From Hemiscyllium ocellatum (taxonomy: Eukaryota): DNA of 50,658 nt. The stretch lies in NCBI RefSeq assembly GCF_020745735.1, contig NW_026867761.1:62001-112658 (forward strand). Reading direction: 5' to 3'. The translations under genes and the position numbers were made by a program. Every line of letters starts with the position of its first letter. The first letter of the stretch is position 1. The notes below the pieces were generated by a model. It was not told where the DNA came from. It searched no databases and was given only the letters and a program-made list of their open reading frames with translations. This document shows positions 1 through 11,835 of the stretch, one piece after another.

Positions 1-653
1 TCTGCTATTTATTGTCCTTCCCTAACTATCCTGGAGAGCGCGATGGTTAGTCATGAGCTTTTTGAAGAGGATCTGACAGAGTGACAAGATCATAAGACAT
101 AGGAGTGGAAGTAAGGCCATTCAGCCCATCGAGTCCACTCCGCTGGGCCTGAGTACAACTGTCCCTCAGGAGAATGAGCTGCGGCACAAGGGAAAACCTG
201 AGAGTGGTGAAAAGGCTGCTCAGTGGCTGAACCAGGTTTGCCGAATGAACTGATGTCCTTCTGAGCATTTGCAGACTCAGGCTTTCAGGGCCGCACAGCT
301 TACACTGTTACTGACCATAGCTCCATGATTGATGAGATGATGAGACCTGCCCCAGGAAAACATCCACAGAAAGCTGCCTCCTGTGTGTCTGATGTGTCTG
401 TGTCTCTCAGACGTGACTGAGCAGGCAGCAAGAGATTCCCCTCCCCACCCACTTTCACCGATCAACTTACAAACTCCTTCCGGGGAAAGCGTTCAGCATC
501 GGCCATCGCCTGCTTCAATGTGTCCTACACCCCACCTCAAGACAACAGACCCCACTGCCCCCTGCCCCTAACATCTGCTCTCCATCTCTCTCCTGAAGGC
601 ACTATCTCTGGCTGGGAAACATCTCGAGCCTCCCCAGGTGCTCTCATTCCTCC

Positions 654-960
654 GGCACGGTGGCACAGTGGTTAGCACTGCTGCCTCACAGCACCTGAGA
701 CCCGGGTTCAATTCCCGACTCAGGTGACTGACTGTGTGGAGTTTGCACGTTCTCCCCGTGTCTGCGTGGGTTTCCTCCGGGTGCTCCGGTTTCCTCCCAC
801 AGTCCAAAGATGTGCAGGTTAGGTGAATTGGCCATGCTAAATTGCCTGTAGTGTTAGGTAAGGGGTAAATGTAGGGGTATGGTGGGTTTCGCTTCGGCGG
901 GTCGGTGTGGACTTGTTGGGCCGAAGGGCCTGTTTCCACACTGTAAGTCTAAAAAAAAAA
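654..960 (+). mobile_element. Full-length tRNA-derived V-SINE (HE1-like)
   Basis: A box TGGCACAGTGG, B box GGTTCAATTCC, V-domain-like core tgtgtggagtttgcacgttctccccgtgtctgcgtgggtttcc, A-rich tail; near-identical to 44568-44880. Confidence 0.85.
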
Positions 961-1224
961 GTGTGGGCTGGGATGGGGAAGCAAGGCAGGCTGTTGGACC
1001 GGGAGGTGTCAGCCTGATCTCAGTGGGGAGCACTCTCCCCTCACACTCACAATGTAGCCGACTGGGTGGATGAGGCATTGGGAAATGCAGGGTTGCAGGG
1101 ATAGTGCAGTGGTTTGGATCTGGGTGGGATGCTCTTCGGGGGATTGGTGTGAACTCATTGGGGTGAATGGCCTGCTTCAACATTGTACAAATTCCATCAT
1201 TACATGATTCTATCACTGAAGCAA

Positions 1225-1650
1225 ATGATCCAGGCTGAGAGTGCAGTGCAGCACTGAGGGAGTGCAGCACTGTCAGAGGGTCAGTACTGAGGGAATGCAG
1301 CACTGTCAGAAAGTCAGCACTGAGGGAGTGCCACAGTATTGGAGGGTCAGTACTGATGGTGTGTTGCACTAATGATGGGTCAGCACTGAGGGAGTGCAGT
1401 ACTGTCAGAGGGTGAGTACTGAAGGAATGCCACACTGTCAGAAAGTCAATACCATGGGAGTGCCACACTATCAGATAGTTCATGCTGAGGGAGTGCTGCA
1501 CTGCTGATGTGTCAATATTGAGGGAGTGCAACACTGTCAGAGGTTCAGTGCTCAGAGATTATCTTTCAGATGGGATGTTCTGATGTCTGCCCTCTCAGGG
1601 GACAGTAGAAGATGCCATGACACTGTGAGAAGAGCAGAGCAGATCCCCAT
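1225..1650 (-). repeat. About 33-bp minisatellite (TGAGGGAGTGCAGCACTGTCAGAGGGTCAGTAC, about 10 units, 1235-1555) within a Deu-domain-like SINE remnant
   Basis: Tandem periodicity is visible directly; the flanks resemble a recalled SacSINE1/AmnSINE1 core. Confidence 0.7.
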
Positions 1651-2032
1651 AAAATATACCTTTTAAAAAATACCTGGATGAACGCCTGAAATATCCGAAC
1701 ATTCAATACCTTGGGCCCAGTTCTGGAAAGTGGATGGAGAGTAGCTTTAGTTTTGCCTTGGTGGGACAGACATGATCAGATGAGGGACCTCTTCTACACT
1801 GTATGATTCTCTGATTCTGTGAAACCTCTAGTGATGACCATGTTCTGTCCTCCCTCGGCTGATGAGTCAGTCTCTCCTCCATGTTGAACAGCACTTGGAG
1901 GAAGCTCTGAGGGTAGTGAGGGCACAGAATGTACTCTGGGTGGGACCTTCAATGTCCACAATCAAAAAGGAATTTAAAAAGCATCGGGTTTGTTAGGTAT
2001 TCGATACAAATATTCAAACTGATATTTCTGCC

Positions 2033-2540
2033 AGTCCAACGCTCTCTTCTCCTGTGCCCTCATCCATGTGACACTCCCCTCTCCCCTCAGCAAGAGCATC
2101 AGGAGATCAGAACGTGTGTAGTGTGTGTGAGACAGTCCACAGAGGAGATACAACTTTAAATAGAACAGGGCTGAGCTGGCAGGACAAAGGTCATTGTCAG
2201 CACTGAATTTCAACTCTCTTCCTTCTTGAGACTGGCCTCTGGGAGACTCTGAGGTTCAGGGGTTAAGGGAGGTTCCTGTGACACTGTAGAGAGAGCTTCA
2301 CTCTGTACCCAACCAGTACTGTCCCTGTCCTGGAGTGTTTGACGAGGACAGTATGGAGACAGCTTTATTCTGTTTCTTATCCTGTCCCTGTCCTGGGTGT
2401 CTTTGGTGGGAACAGTATGGAAAGAGCTTTACTCTGTATCTAACCCTATTCTGTCCCTGTCCAGGAGACTGTTTGTTGGGGACATTGTTGAGTTGTAATA
2501 ACAAGCATAACCTTTCAAAGATATTGAAAACTTTACTGGC
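2033..2540 (+). pseudogene. 5'-truncated, inverted Ig kappa C fragment (SNALFSCALIHVTLPSPLSKSIRRSERV*) plus 3'UTR remnant
   Basis: 2033-2226 matches the reverse complement of 14233-14426 with 9 mismatches in 194 nt (hand count); weaker similarity continues to about 2540; no acceptor or upstream C sequence; terminal Cys changed to Arg. Confidence 0.9.
2279..2480 (+). repeat. Three 63-70-bp tandem units (ggacagt..gagagctttactctgtatctaacc..ctgtccctgtcctggg.gtgtttg)
   Basis: Direct repeats visible; one degenerate unit sits in the functional C 3'UTR (about 14105-14180, minus strand). Confidence 0.75.
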
Positions 2541-2548
2541 AGTGGGTC

Positions 2549-2805
2549 TTTACACAGTTGGTCATTTTGAACGTGTTCTGGTCCATATCGGGGCTGGGAG
2601 GGCTGAGGACCAGGAAAAGATCTACTTCACGTTTAAAGACCAACAATATTGATGGAGCTGTCTGTGCCAAGGACTCCCCAATAGTCCCTCCATCTTCCAG
2701 CAGAGCATGGCACAGGGCTGTGAGAGTTCAGGTCAGCTCCCCCAAACAGTTTGGACAGTGTGTGGCTGACTTGCTGCTATTTGTGGGAACTGAGGAAGAG
2801 GATGT
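2549..2805 (+). mobile_element. Decayed endogenous retrovirus reverse-transcriptase fragment
   Basis: Joined across two frameshifts and one stop: FTQLVILNVFWSIS / AEDQEKIYFTFKDQQY*WSCLCQGLPNSPSIFQQSMAQ / SSPKQFGQCVADLLL, matching retroviral RT motifs LD..N.FWSIP, LPQG..NSP.IF and QYVDDLLL. Confidence 0.75.
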
Positions 2806-3519
2806 GTCCCTTTGGGATGACAGAACTCCCAGGTGTTGCTCGGCGGGATCCCGATGTTGATCCTTTCCCTGGAACAGCAGGTGAAAAGCTGCTGCATTCC
2901 TCGGGCTCCTTGATGCCACACACCATCAAAGAGGCCTTGATGTCATGTACTGTCACTCTGCCCTCACCTCACTCTCATGGTCAGGGAGGACTCAGTCCAC
3001 TGACTCACATTTATCTGAATGAATTCCACTTGTTACTGATCAGCCCATCTGACCCTCCCAGCCCGTCTATATCCTCATGTCATCTTGTACTGCTTCGGGA
3101 CACCCCCATTCGGGAAGGTCAATAAATGGAAAGCACGAAAACTTTAATTCAGATACTGAAGACAATTACTAGTTTAATAAAGGAATGGGTATCTTTCATT
3201 TGTAAATGGGATTAACATTTCTTTATTGAGTTAAAGTGACTCAGATTAAACACATCTGTAGTGAATGTATAAATCTACAACAATTCCCACACAGGGTGTT
3301 TGGATTGGAGGCTAAGTTGAAAGTATTGGTGACACATCAGGGAGGTGCAGAGATACCTGGAGACTTTGTTCCAGAAAGATGTTATAAGCCTCAGGACCAG
3401 GCAGTCCAATTCCATGTGTAGGAAGGGGCAGGAGGGTATGACTATGAAGATGGCAGGTAAGGATTTGGAGAGCACTGTAGGACAGGAACCCCCACTCTTG
3501 CTGTAGTTGTGGGTATGCT

Positions 3520-4200
3520 CACCGAGCTGGGAAGTTGATTTGTAAACATTTTGTCCCCTGTCTCGGTGACATCTTCAGAGCTTTGGAGATCACTTCCTGT
3601 GAAGTGCTGTTGTGCTGTGTCTTCTGGAATTTATTTGGTTCCATTCCTGCTGTTTCCAGTTATTGGTTCCGGATATTCATTGCAGTGGTCAGTATACTGG
3701 GTCTAGGTCAATCTGTTTATTGATGGAGCTCATGGATAAGTGCCATGCCTCTATAAATTCTCTGGCTGTCCTCTGTTGAGCTTGTCCTATGGTCATAGTG
3801 TTGGCCCAATCAAATTTGTGGTTCTTGTCATCTGTGTGTATAGCTACTCGGGACAACTGCTCATGGGGTTTAGTGACTCTTTGGTGTTCATGGATATGGA
3901 TGGCTAGTTGTCTGCCTGTTTGTCCGAGATGTTTTGTGCAAATGTTGCATGGATTCTTGTAAATTACATCTGTCTTTCACACGGTGGGTATTGGGCCTTT
4001 TGTTCTCGTGGGTTGTCTGAGTGTGGCTGTCAGTTTCTGGGCAGTTTATGAGTGGTTGGAGTTCTGTGATGTTTTTATATAAGGTAGCGTGGCTAGTGAG
4101 TTAGGTCGTGGCATACCCTCATCGCGTTGTTTGTCTGTTAGGCATCTGTGGATGAAGTTGTGGGAATATCTGTTCTTGGCAAAGTCTTTGTAGAAATGTT
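3520..4200 (-). mobile_element. Penelope-like element 3' part (degenerate GIY-YIG endonuclease and terminal repeat)
   Basis: Minus frame reads VIYKNPCNICTKHLGQTGRQLAIHIHEHQ...NHKFDWANT...AREFIEAWH; decayed hammerhead-like core CTGAAGA-TGTCACC..GGGGAC-AAAA near 3545-3580. Confidence 0.8.
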
Positions 4201-5843
4201 CTTCTCTTTGCAGATTGGGAGTGCTGCAGTGGGTTGTAGCCCTTTAGAACAGGTTCCTAATGCAACTTCTCCTGTGTGTGGGGAGGGATTAGGCAGAGAG
4301 GAAGAGTCAGTGCAGCCATTGTGCAGCATTCACTGTCAAGTTGTCCCACTTCCAATCCCACTGCAATGTCATTGTCTGCCCTGAGACCAAGTAGATGCTC
4401 CCATCACAAGAGGCCTCATGGCCCGGAGGACTGTGAGAGTGAGCCCTGTCCATTCAGCTCGATCATCAAGCTCCAGCCTTCCTGATGTGGTGGCAGCCAG
4501 GAGAACCCTGCCCATGGGAGATTCCACACACACACTCCCTCCCTCCCGGCAGGGAAAGATGATTCCATGGCCCTGCTTTCTCTCGAAAATGATCCAAATT
4601 CAAGTGTTGCTGAAAAAAAGAAACAGTTTGTCAAAGCTTTTGTCTTGCACACAACAAGACAATTTGTAAGAAATAGCGCAGCAAAACTCTGGAGACCCCA
4701 GTGGGTCAGGCAGCATCCATGGAGCAAAAGCAAGGCAAAATGAAATGTTTTTATTTGTCTCACTCAAGTACTATATTCTCAAATGACTATTTGATCCTGA
4801 TTTCCTCTTTTCCTTCAGGCCTATTGAAATTCTAAAAAGTATTCCTGTTTTTTTATGAATGGAGCACTCTGTTTATGATTATTCATCATTCAATTCCAAT
4901 AACTGTATCAAAATGTTTTTCCTGATCTTTCTGTACCTGGTATATGACTGGAGAATATGTCATTTTGCCTTTCAGTTTGTCTGCACTGATAGTCAATCTA
5001 CATTTACTGTGTTTATTTGTTTAAGAATTTTTGAACATCAGAATACCCTCCCTCCACTGTTGACATCCTGTCTGGCCTTCGTAGAATCACAGAATTGAGG
5101 AATTCCTACAGAGTGGAAGCAGGCCACACAGCCCAGCAAACTCATACCAACCCTTTGAAGGCCATCCCACCCAGATGCACACCTCCCCAACCTATTCCTG
5201 TAATCCTGCATTTTCCATGGCATTTTCCATTTGCTAGCCTGCACATCTCTTGTGACCCTACATCCCCTGTCCATGTCCCATTATGTATTGTCCCTCAAAG
5301 CAGCCCCTAAGTGTGCACCATATTCTAGCCATGATCTAAACATTCTTCAGGACAGCACGAGAGAGTAGCTGATTAAAGCAGATTCCATATCAACATGAAC
5401 ATAGAATACAGTGTGGATGTGAAAAGTGTGTTTCCTTTTCGGGGAAAATATCAAATTAAAACAAGTTCCCTCATAGAAGATCGAGATAAGCAGGTTTTTT
5501 TCTTGCATAAGGTCATAGGTCTTTGGAACTCTTCATCAAACATGGAAATGAAACCTCTGAATGCTTGTAGTGAAGAAGTAGATAGCCATTGCTTTCAAGA
5601 ATCTATCAGAGTAAGGCAAGAATGTGGAATAATCAGGTCAGCCATGGGGAGCAGGCTCAAGAGGATGAATCTCCTTCCTCTGCCCCTAACTCATTTGATC
5701 GTGTGTCCAGTTCCACCGTTGAAAGAACAGCGCCTTGAAAGTTTGTGGTTTTCAATAAAGCAGCTGAAGTGGCTGCTGGTTTGTGTGGGCGCGAATGGAA
5801 GGGGACTTTACCCATAATCCTCAGCAGCCGTGCAAGCTCTCTC

Positions 5844-5862
5844 TCGCCACTAGAGGGCAGCT
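5844..5862 (+). promoter_or_regulatory. CTCF consensus motif TCGCCACTAGAGGGCAGCT
   Basis: Core CCACTAGAGGGCAG fits the vertebrate CTCF consensus CCASYAGRKGGCRS at every position and lies in apparently non-repeat DNA; binding not shown. Confidence 0.6.
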
Positions 5863-8269
5863 GCTTCACTGTCCCTGATCAGTAAAACGGAAAGTGGGAC
5901 TCTGCTTGGAGCTAACAGGCTCAATCTGCAGAGACCCATAGAGAGACAGTGCAGCTTTAGAAGTAGGGTACTGAGGGCACCACAATAAAAATATCCCCTG
6001 TGATAAGAAAAGTACATTGATGTGACTTTTGTTTGTCTTCACAGTGTGTTGTTTTGTTCATTCTGTGAAACACGTAGATGATGTTAGTACTGAGAGGCAC
6101 AAAGTATATTTCCTCCTCGAACCCCTTTCCAACACACCCTCTCCATCTTGCTTTACTCCTTATTGACGCTTCTACAATTGTCTCTGTTCCCTCACTCCGT
6201 CCCAGTCCCTGAGAGATTGATGGCCGGAGTTCATGACCCCGCACTGTGTGAAGGTTGGTGTGAAGTGAGGCCAGTGTGTTGGAGCTTGGGCTCCTGCCTC
6301 AGGCCCAGGTGTAGGGGCCTGTTCAACAATCTGCACATTGTCCTTTTTCTCTTTCTGACCGTACTGGAGTTTTCAAGCTGCAGTAACTTGCTGGTAACAA
6401 GGTGTCTTGTCTAAAATGTTCCCAGCACTGGACAGATTTCTGCTGTTGATTTTTATTTCTCTCTCTCTGGAGTCAGCTCTGTATTCAGTGCCTGTTATCA
6501 TTTTGTTAGAGTTCATATGTCAGCTGCTGCTTCCTTGCTATGGACTTGGAAAAAAAATCATCAATGCCTCTTGAGATTTAAATCATTTAACATTCCAATG
6601 ATGTGAATGCATCAGTGTTGTTTATAGCAGGGAGCATTTAACATCATGGTTCTAGGTTTTAATGGATCCTCTCTCGTGATAATACAGTTTGCAATGTTTC
6701 TCTCCCCTTACGTGTTATTCAGATGCTTGCAAACCTGTTATGATGAGGACAGTGTGTCTTCAACAACGTGTGACGGAGTGGATGGGTGTTTGATTTCTCA
6801 TCTCATTATCGTCCAGTTTCCAAAGAAAATGCTGCAGTCTTTGAAATGAGATTATCTATAATGTGTTTGGATTTTATTTTTGCAATGCCAATTTTCATAA
6901 ACAATATCCTGTTCCATTTTGTAGTTATGTTTGTCAATGAATGTTCCCTGAGAGACTGAGAGTTTATACAACACGCCATTTGCCTGTGACCCAGTTGTTG
7001 GCTGAAGCCTCTGGTTGTTCGGTGAGTCCAAGCCATTGCCTTGCTCTCTGCAGTTATACCATCAACTTGGTGTCTCAGTGTGAGCCAGGAGACCACTGCG
7101 TGGTGACTTCCTGTTCCACTGTCGGTGTAAAGGCAAGTGGGAACTGTTGAGGTTAATCCCATCATGAACATCAGAACATTCTGCTCAGCTGGAACTACAT
7201 CCACTGACTAATTTCTCTGGCCACCGTCGCAGTAAAACCAAATCTCTCCTTTTGTCAGCACAAAGAGAAAGTGCCCATCAGACTCCCTCGTGTGTTTAGC
7301 CCAATAGGAGCAGCACTGGTAGACCATGCTGCATCAGCCTGGACAGAAACTTGGGCAAACTCCAAATGAAACTGTGATCTTCAATGGATCTGCTGCTACA
7401 GGAAATATGTAATTGGAATCCTTGTTAATGAATCACCTCATCAAACCGAAATACAACTGAGAAAATATAAACCAAACCAATTTCCCAAGGTCACAACACA
7501 ACAAGAAAGTGGGGAACAGACAGATACTGTCCCCTGTCTTTAGGGAGATTGCTTTTCCTATCCCCTCTCCCTCTCTGGGTTAAAATTTTTACCATCCTTT
7601 CTGTGTGAGAATATTACTGTTCCTGTCCCCACTCTCTTGGGGACAGGTGGGGATGTCACATCCACCCAGTTCGTTTGATCCATTTACTCTTCTGAAATGC
7701 GGAATCCCTGCTTCACCATGTGTGTGAGCCATGTGTGAAAGTCCAGCACAGCTCACCCTTCATCTCAATCAGATCACTGGGCTCTAAGGTTGGTCAGTAC
7801 TGTCTGGACCAGACAAAAGCATTGACTGACTGGAGACAATTCAAATCAAGTCCCAATGAGACTGCTATTGACCTTCACCCTCAAAGCCCACTGAGGGTGT
7901 GGTCATTAGACCCAGTGTTGTCACAAAGTAAGTTCTCCCAGAGATTCATGATCCATTCTAGATTTTACACAAGTGTGCGATGTTGTTGGATGACAGGTGG
8001 GAAGGCTTGGAGACAAAACATAAAAGGAGAGAGAATTATATTTCTATTATGCCGTTTTTGAGCTTGGATGTTGGAAAATGTTTTACAGCCAATTCAATTT
8101 TCCGAAGTCCAGGCATTGTTGTGATGTGGGAATTGTGACAGCCTGGGCAAGGCAGATCATATGGCAGCACCACCCAGAGACTGGAGGCTGCTACTGCAGG
8201 GAAGGGACAAACCAGTTGTGCTGTGAGGGAAGGACACTGGAGCACACAAGAACATGAGAAATTGAAGCA

Positions 8270-8600
8270 GGAGTAGGACTGCAATGACTGTCCATCCTTT
8301 CTTAAATACAGGGACCAAAATTGCACACAATACTTCAAATGCAGGCTCACTAACACCCGATAAAGTTTCAACAAGATTTCTCTACTTTTAAATTCCAACC
8401 CCAGACAATAAAGGTGAAAATTCCATTCACCTTCTCAATTCCTTGCTGCACCTGCACTAACTTTCAATGTTTCATGCACAATACTACCCAGATCACTCTG
8501 TACTGCACTTTTTTGGAATCTCTCACTATTTAAATAATAGTCGGCCTTTCGATTATTCCGAACAAAGTGCATGGTCTCACACTTTCTGATATTAAATTCC
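8270..8600 (-). mobile_element. CR1-like LINE RT 3' fragment
   Basis: ORF 8036-8398 contains LYRVLVSLHLKYCVQFWSLYLRKD, the CR1 LVRPHLEYCVQFWSP motif. Confidence 0.8.
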
Positions 8601-8689
8601 GTCCACTGTGTATGAGTGTTTCATTTTCAGTTTGGTCACCTCTTTGTAATTGACTGTCTCAATGCATTATCTGTAGTGTGTCCCATTCC

Positions 8690-11170
8690 TATTTGTTGAT
8701 GGTCCTGACACTTGATTGTCCAGCCCTTTCCTGCTGGTTCCATTCAATGACAGGCAGGAGGTTGGAGGAACACAGCAAGCCAGGCAGCATCAGGCGGTGA
8801 AGAAGTTGATGTTTTGGGTGTAACCCTTCTTCAGGAATGGCGGTGGGTGTAGGCGGAGCTGCAGATAAAGGGGGTGGCGGGGCAAGGTGGAGAATGGGGA
8901 TACATGAAGACAGGCAGATGACACGACCTGGTTCGTTAATGGAAGGAATGAATCTGTTTGGTGGCAGAGAGGAGTGGAAGAGATGGGAGGGGCTGGGGAG
9001 GGAGTCCGGGGATGGGAAGGGAAGGTGTTTGAAATTGGAGAACTCAGTGTTGAATCCTCTGGGCTGTAGGCTGCCCAGGCGGAAGATGAGGTATTGTCCC
9101 TCCAATTTGCGATTTGGTTCATTGTGGCAATGGAGGAAGCCAAAGATGATCATGGTAGAAAGGGAGTGGGAAGGGGAATTAAAATGGGTGGTGACTGGGA
9201 GGTCTGGTCGGCTCCTACAGGCCCAGCTGAGATGCACAACCAACCGCTGCCTAAGTTTATGTTTGGTCTTCCTGATGTAGAGAAGACCACATCGCCGTCA
9301 CCTGATGCAGTAAACTAGGTTGGAGGAGAGGCAGGTGAACCTCTGTCTCACCTGGAAGGACTGTTTGGGGCCCTGGATGGAGATGCTGGGGTTGGTGTAC
9401 CTGCAGGCTTTGCATCATTTCCGTTTGCAGGGGAAGGTACCTGGGGGTTCAGGAGAGATGGTGGAGAGAGTGGTGCAAACCAAGAATTGTCAAAGAGAAC
9501 AGTCCTTGTGGAAGGCAGACAGGGGTAGGGTGAGGAAGACATTCTTGGTGATGGGGTCTTGTTGGGGTTGGCAGAATAGGATGATGTGTTGGATACAGAG
9601 ATTGGTTTGGGTGAAAGATGAGGACAATGGGCACTCTGTCTTTATTCTGTTTGGAGGGGGTGGGTTTAGAGCAGTGGAACAGGAAATGGAGGTGGTGCGA
9701 TGGATGACAGAGGGAGCAAAAGCATGTTGTTCGAAATAGGTGAACATCTGGAATACCTGGGAGTGGAATGTCTCCTCATCTGAGCAGATAGAGCAGAGGC
9801 GGAGGAATTGGAAGAATGGGATGGAGTTCTTGCAGGATACTGGGTGGGAGAAAGTATATTCTGGGTAATAATGAGTTTGCAGTAAATGTCTATCTGAACA
9901 CAGTCACTGGAGATGGGAATGGAGAGGTCAATAAAGGGGAGGGAGGTGTCCGAGGTGGACCAAGTGAATTTGAGGGTAGGGTGGAAGTTGTGGGCGAAGA
10001 CGATGAACTGCTCCAGTTCAGCCTGGGTGCAGGTCACTGCACCAATGCAGTCATCGATGTAATGGTAGCAGAGCTGGGGCACAGTGCCTGTGTAGGCACT
10101 GAAGAGGGACTGTTCAGCATAGCCAATAAAGGGGCAGGGGGAGCTGGGGCCCATCCAGGTACTCATAGCCATCCCTGGATTTAGAGGAACTGGGAGGAGT
10201 TAAAGGAAAAGTTGTTGAGGGTGAGGACCAGCTGGGCCAGATGGAGGAGGGTATTGGTGGAGGGGGACTGGATGGATCTGTTGGAGAGAACAAAACAGAG
10301 GGCCAGGAGGCTGATCTTGTTGGGTATGGAGGTATATAAGGACTGTCCATAGTGAAGGTAAAGTGCTGGGGGCCTGGGAACTGAAGGTTACTGAAGAGAT
10401 GGAGGGCATGGTTGGTGTCACGGATGTAGGTGGAAAGTGCCTGAACCAAGGAGGAGAGGATGGAGTTGAGGTAGGATGAGAGGAGTTCGGTGGGGCAGGA
10501 GCATGTTGAGATGATGGGTCAGCTAGTGTAGTTGGGTTTGTGGATCTTGGGAGCAGGTAGAACTGGGCAGTGCAGGGCTGGTGGACTATGAGATTGGAGA
10601 CAGTGGAGGGGAGATCACTGGAGGCAATGGGGGCACAGACATTGTGAGTGATTTTGGCCTGATGGGTCACAGTGGGGTCATGGGCAAGGGGGAGGTAGAA
10701 CGTGGTGTCAGAGAGTTGGGGCTCGGCTTCTGCGACATAGAGGTCCGTTCCCCAGACTACCACCTTTGCCAGTGGGTTTGATGGTGTACCGGGGGTTGGT
10801 ACAGAGAGAGTGGAGTGCTGCATGTTTGGAGGAGGGGTGATTGGAGAGGGTGAGGGGGTGGAGAAATTGAGGCGGCTGATGTCACATCAGTGGTCAGCAA
10901 TGAAGAGCTCTAGGGTGTGTACACAGCTGGTGGTGGGGGGGTTGGGGGGTGACCAAGTGGAGGAGGAAGGTTGAAGGTGGGAGGAGGGGTCCTCAGAGGG
11001 AGTTTGGGAGTTTTTGTTAAAGAAGAAGACACGGAGGTAGAGGCGGCGGAAGAAGAGCTCCACGTCCTGGTGGGTGCGGGATTTTTTGAGGTTGGGAACA
11101 AATGTGAGCCCTTTCTCAGGATGAACCTTTTGGACTCAGAGAGTTCGAGGTCGTGCGGGGATAGTAAATA
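8690..11170 (-). mobile_element. Large degenerate Penelope-like element (RT plus C-terminal endonuclease region)
   Basis: ORF 9666-10172 has HYIDDCIG...FAHNFHPTLKFTW...LPFIDL (PLE RT); ORF 8689-9243 has RKLEGQYLIFRLGSLQPRGFNTEFSNF; many frameshifts. Confidence 0.85.
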
Positions 11171-11543
11171 AGGGGCAAGACTCGGCGTGGGGGACGAGGT
11201 TTTCGGGGGGTCCGAGGTGGCTGAAGGAAGGGAGGGGGAAAGGGTAATGGGAATGGGAGAGAATGGGTGTGGGAGAGAAAGGAGATTGGGACGGAGGTGG
11301 GTTATGGAGTGAGGTGGGGGAGTGGGAAGGTGGGGATGAGGTGAAGAGGGAAAAGTGGAGGGATAGGGTGCACTGTGGGGGTGGATGGGTGAGGAGGGAG
11401 AGCGAGTGTGCTGGCTGGCTGCAGGTAGGCAATTGGACTCAGGGTAACTCTGGGAAATGTAGTCTCAGTCTTGGTTGCAGAGTGGGAGGGGCCAGAAGTG
11501 GAGGCAGAGGTTGGAGCGAAGTCAAGGCTGGTTTGGGTGTTTT

Positions 11544-11835
11544 GACCCAGGTTCAATTCCAGCCTCAGGCTGTGTGGAGTTTGCACATTCGCCAAGTGCC
11601 TGCATAGGTTTCCTCTGGGTGCTCTGGTTTCCTCCCACAGTCTAAAGACGTGCAGGTTAGGTGAATTGGCCATGCTAAGTTACCCATAGTGGTCAGGGAT
11701 GTGTAGGTTAGGCTCATTCGTCAGGGGTAAAACAGAGTAATAAGATAGGGGATTGGGTCTTGGGTAGGTTACTCTTCCAAGGGTCAGTGTGGACATGTTG
11801 GGCCAAGTGGCCTGTTTCCTCACTGTAGGGATTTT
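11544..11835 (+). mobile_element. 5'-truncated, diverged V-SINE copy
   Basis: Shares B box and core with 654-960. Confidence 0.75.

Noticed and set aside
1235-1555. Regular repeat array that superficially resembles CRISPR
   Set aside because: Head-to-tail units without unique spacers, in a vertebrate context with no cas genes
6646-7204. ORFs 6646-6849, 6806-7204 and 6941-7150
   Set aside because: No recognisable domain or consistent splice structure in the frames examined; probably chance ORFs
7622-7647. 10-bp perfect hairpin CCTGTCCCCA/TGGGGACAGG
   Set aside because: Short and isolated, with no supporting context
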